Assembly (NCBI GenBank): GCA_963707635.1
Contig: OY970173.1
Location: 192,001-256,000 of the forward strand
Direction of reading: 5' to 3'
DNA length: 64,000 nt
Source of the DNA: Candidatus Latescibacterota bacterium
GTDB lineage: Bacteria; Krumholzibacteriota; Krumholzibacteriia; WVZY01; JAKEHA01
In this document: positions 60,904 through 64,000 of the stretch, piece by piece
Layout of the letters: the number at the start of each line of letters is the position of its first letter
Numbering within the stretch: the first letter of the stretch is position 1
Translations under genes and position numbers: made by a program
Notes under the pieces: model-generated
What the model was told of the DNA's origin: nothing
Database searches by the model: none
The model's input: the letters and a program-made list of their open reading frames with translations, nothing else

Positions 60904-62919
60904 ATGAAGCGCAAGAAGCCCCGCAAGATTTCCGCAGCGTCGACGTCCGTCGACGGCGCTCGAGGGTCGGCGTTGCCGGCAGGGGCCGGCTCCCACCCGC
61001 GCGTCGGCCTGCTCACCGGCGCCGCCGCTCTGTCGGCCGCGCTGGTGGTCGCCGCTTCCTTCCTCCCCGGCGCCCGCCTGTGGGGGATCAACCACCTGGC
61101 CTTCGTCTCTCCGCCCGCGCGGTGGGCGGCGATCGTCGTGATCGCGCTGGCATTCGTCCCCGCTCTGGCGCGGCCGGCGTACCGCGGGCTGCTGGGGGCC
61201 GCGGCCCGGCTGACGGGGTCGAACCGCAGGGCGCAGCTTGTCATCCTCGCCGCGATCGCCGTCGCGGCGGTGCCTGGATTCGGCGCGCTGCGTTCGTCGA
61301 CGCTGCTCCTGGGCGACGGCCAGCTCATCGTCCGCAGCTTCGAAGCCGCCGAGGAGGGGCACGATACCGTCATCATGCGCAGCCCCCGGGCGATCGTGAA
61401 CGAGGATTTCATCGCACCGGGAACCACGCTCCTCTATTACGGCGCCTCGAAGGTCGCTACCGGCCCCTTCAAGAAGACTCCCCTGGTCGGGCTGCAGGTG
61501 TTCAATTGTCTGCTGGGGGGCGTGTTCGTGTTCCTGTTGCTGGTGGTGGCGACGGCCGCGTCCATCAGCCCGGAACACCGAACCTGGCTGCTGTGGCTGG
61601 GGCTGTTTTCGTGTTCGATCGAGCTGTTCTTCGGTTACGTCGAGAACTATACCGCGCCGTTTCTGCTCCTGTTCCTTTACGTCGTGACGGCGTTTCGGGC
61701 GCTCCACAATCGAGGTCCCCTGTGGCTCCCCGTCGTGCCGCTGGTGCTGGCGGCCTACGCCCACGTGCAGAGCATTCTGTTCATCCCGTCGTTCGTCTAT
61801 CTGGTGACATGGAAACGGGCGGGCACACGGCGCGGAGCGCTGCTGCGCCTGTGGACGCCGCTATTCGGGAGCGTGGCGATGATCGGCGTGGCGGTGTGCT
61901 CGGCGTTCCCGCTGCTAAAACGCTTCTACGTCCCGTTCGGATTTCGTAACGACCAATATGCGCTCTTCGCGCCGCATCACCTGGCGGACATCATGAACGA
62001 GGTGTTCATGCTTTTCCCGATCGTGCCACTGGTGGCCGCGATGCTCTGGGTCACGCACCGCGCGGAACGCGCGTCCGGGCGCAATTTCATGGGCGATACC
62101 AAGGCGGCGCGGGGAGAGCCGACGTCGTGGTTTTCCCACCCGGCCGAATGGCAGCTTGTCGTCACGATTCTGATTCCCTGCGTTTTCTATCTCGTCTTGT
62201 TCCACCCGGAGATTGGAATGGCGCGGGACTGGGACCTGTTCACCATGACGACCCTCGCGATCGTTCCGGTGGCGATCCTGACCCTGAATCGCTATGCGTC
62301 CGCGACTGGGGTGACCGCCGACACGCTGGCCCGCTTAGCGGTGCCGGCCTTCGCGGTGGTCGCGGTGACCACCACGGCGTGGGTAAGCATCAACGCCTCG
62401 TCCAACCGCACCATCGACCGCTTCGTGCGCATTCTCACCTACGACCGCACCCACGCATCCTATGCGTGGGAAAACCTCGCCCTGCTGTATCACGATCGCC
62501 GTCAACTGGACAAGGCCATCGAGGTCATGCGCACCGCGTCCGACCAGTCGCACAACCCCCGACAGTACACGCGCCTGGCGGTTTATCTGGAGGAAGACGG
62601 GCAGACGGACGAGGCGATCAAGATACTCGACGACGTGCTGGCGCGCAGGCCCTCGTACACCAAGGCCCGATTTCGACTGGTCATGTTTCTCGAGAAGCGC
62701 GGCGACTGGACGCGGTTGCTGGAGGTGTCGAAGGCCGGCGTCGAGCACAACCCCGAAGAAGGCATCTACCACTTCTTCTATGGCGAGAGCCTGCTGCAGG
62801 CGGGGCGGATCGACGAGGCGATGGAGGCATTTCGCAGCTGCCGTGGCCTGGAACTGCCGGCCGCCGCGAAGCAGTTCGTCGAGTCGACGTTGCGCGCCTA
62901 CGAACAGGGCGGCAAGTAG
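60904..62919 (+). CDS. multi-pass membrane protein with C-terminal TPR (GT-C-like)
   Basis: About 12 TM helices, GYVENY, RDWDLF, C-terminal TPRs. Confidence 0.72.
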   Translation: MKRKKPRKISAASTSVDGARGSALPAGAGSHPRVGLLTGAAALSAALVVAASFLPGARLWGINHLAFVSPPARWAAIVVIALAFVPALARPAYRGLLGAAARLTGSNRRAQLVILAAIAVAAVPGFGALRSSTLLLGDGQLIVRSFEAAEEGHDTVIMRSPRAIVNEDFIAPGTTLLYYGASKVATGPFKKTPLVGLQVFNCLLGGVFVFLLLVVATAASISPEHRTWLLWLGLFSCSIELFFGYVENYTAPFLLLFLYVVTAFRALHNRGPLWLPVVPLVLAAYAHVQSILFIPSFVYLVTWKRAGTRRGALLRLWTPLFGSVAMIGVAVCSAFPLLKRFYVPFGFRNDQYALFAPHHLADIMNEVFMLFPIVPLVAAMLWVTHRAERASGRNFMGDTKAARGEPTSWFSHPAEWQLVVTILIPCVFYLVLFHPEIGMARDWDLFTMTTLAIVPVAILTLNRYASATGVTADTLARLAVPAFAVVAVTTTAWVSINASSNRTIDRFVRILTYDRTHASYAWENLALLYHDRRQLDKAIEVMRTASDQSHNPRQYTRLAVYLEEDGQTDEAIKILDDVLARRPSYTKARFRLVMFLEKRGDWTRLLEVSKAGVEHNPEEGIYHFFYGESLLQAGRIDEAMEAFRSCRGLELPAAAKQFVESTLRAYEQGGK

Positions 62920-62960
62920 CGAGCGCGACCTGTGCGGGTCCTGTCGCCTCGCCACCCGCA

Positions 62961-64000
62961 TCAGGGCGACTCGTCGTCTTCTTCCTCGTCCTCGTCGTCG
63001 GCGCCGAGCGTGTCCGGCGGCAGTACCGCGTTCTCGATGAGCGACGCCCCGTCGATGTTCTCGACCAGCGAGTTGTAGGAAAAAATCGCGTAGCCGGCCA
63101 CACCGATCTCACGCAAAAGCGAAACCGTCTCGGCGAGGTCCTCGTCGCGCCCATCGTACACGCCCAGGCCGACCAGCAGGCGATCCACCCCGACGGTTCG
63201 CAGGTACACCTCCGCGCGGTGCTCGATTTCGGCGGGAGGCATGCTGTACGCCATCGGGGCGACGAAATCCACCCAGCCCTGGTGGACCCATCGCGCCCAC
63301 TCCTGCCCCTTGTCGATCCTCGCCACCACCGGGTCCGCGATGACCGCCGCCGACACCGCTTTTCCACCCGCGGCCGCGTGGATCGCGCTCACCATGCTGT
63401 CCACCTGCGCCACCCGGAATTCGCTGTACACGCTGTCCATCAGCGCGAGCGCCTGCGCGCCGACCATGCGCTGGAGTGCGGCGCGATCTCCCGCGACCAG
63501 TTCGGCGGGATCGATGCCGTAGCGCACGGTGAAGCGCGCGCGGCTCTCGGGGTCGAAGGAGTACTCCCGGTTCGGGTAGCGGATGTAGTCGAGATGGATG
63601 CCGTCGATGTCGTAGGAGGCGACGAGATCCCTCACCACGTTCGCCATGTGGACGCGCAGCTCCCGCACGCCGGGCGAAAGGAACTGGCCGTCGATCCCCT
63701 CCGCCTTCCAGCGCGAGCGCGGGACCCGGTCCATGCGCACGCCGCGCGCGTTGGTGAGGATCCATTCCGGGTGCCGGGCCGCCAGGTGCGACGCGGGCGG
63801 CGCCGCGGGATCCGACCACACGTAGAAGACGTTCAGCCAGGCGTGCACCGCGATTCCCTGCCGGTGCGCCAGCGTGATCAGGTACGCGAGCGGGTCGAAG
63901 TCCGCGATCGACCCGGCGATGCCGGGCGCGATGGGGTCGAGCCGCGTCCGGTAGTAGGCGTCGCCGCGACCGCGCACCTGCACGAACAGCAGGTGGAACC
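62961..64000 (-). CDS. glycoside hydrolase-like family 10 (YddW/DUF187) protein, 5' end outside window
   Basis: QVRGRGDA.Y, DPL, VHAWLN, YDIDGIHLDYIRYP, PMAY. Confidence 0.88.
   Translation of the reverse strand, partial: FHLLFVQVRGRGDAYYRTRLDPIAPGIAGSIADFDPLAYLITLAHRQGIAVHAWLNVFYVWSDPAAPPASHLAARHPEWILTNARGVRMDRVPRSRWKAEGIDGQFLSPGVRELRVHMANVVRDLVASYDIDGIHLDYIRYPNREYSFDPESRARFTVRYGIDPAELVAGDRAALQRMVGAQALALMDSVYSEFRVAQVDSMVSAIHAAAGGKAVSAAVIADPVVARIDKGQEWARWVHQGWVDFVAPMAYSMPPAEIEHRAEVYLRTVGVDRLLVGLGVYDGRDEDLAETVSLLREIGVAGYAIFSYNSLVENIDGASLIENAVLPPDTLGADDEDEEEDDESP

Overview
High-GC bacterial chromosome segment. FlgD/T9SS-type C-terminal domains, a PorV-like barrel and TWGxxK C-terminal tails suggest an FCB candidate lineage such as Krumholzibacteria/Latescibacteria (inference). 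The left and middle parts hold housekeeping and stress genes: long NagB, Rho, cysteine synthase, a CBS/HPF-CSD/Hsp20 cluster, Pit, AsnB, EttA, a frameshifted ParA, an ECF sigma/anti-sigma/vWA module, a Ser/Thr kinase and DDAH. The strongest signal is a tRNA-Asn(GTT) gene on the minus strand (53982-54298) split inside the anticodon (GT^T, position 35/36) by a 242-nt ORF-less group I intron whose core helices can be read directly. Downstream of the tRNA are degenerate copies of its 3' end separating single-gene cassettes. Further downstream is an 11-kb operon: large Ig-like surface protein, PorV-like barrel fused to FlgD, TPR protein, ExbB, two ExbD, TonB and a FlgD-like protein; it may be an energised export/attachment machine. 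Also seen: two paralogous secreted DSFFD-repeat proteins, a candidate terminator/antiterminator leader RNA, and a repeated ECF promoter motif. Three single-base frameshifts may be sequencing errors. No CRISPR array, integrase or transposase was found.
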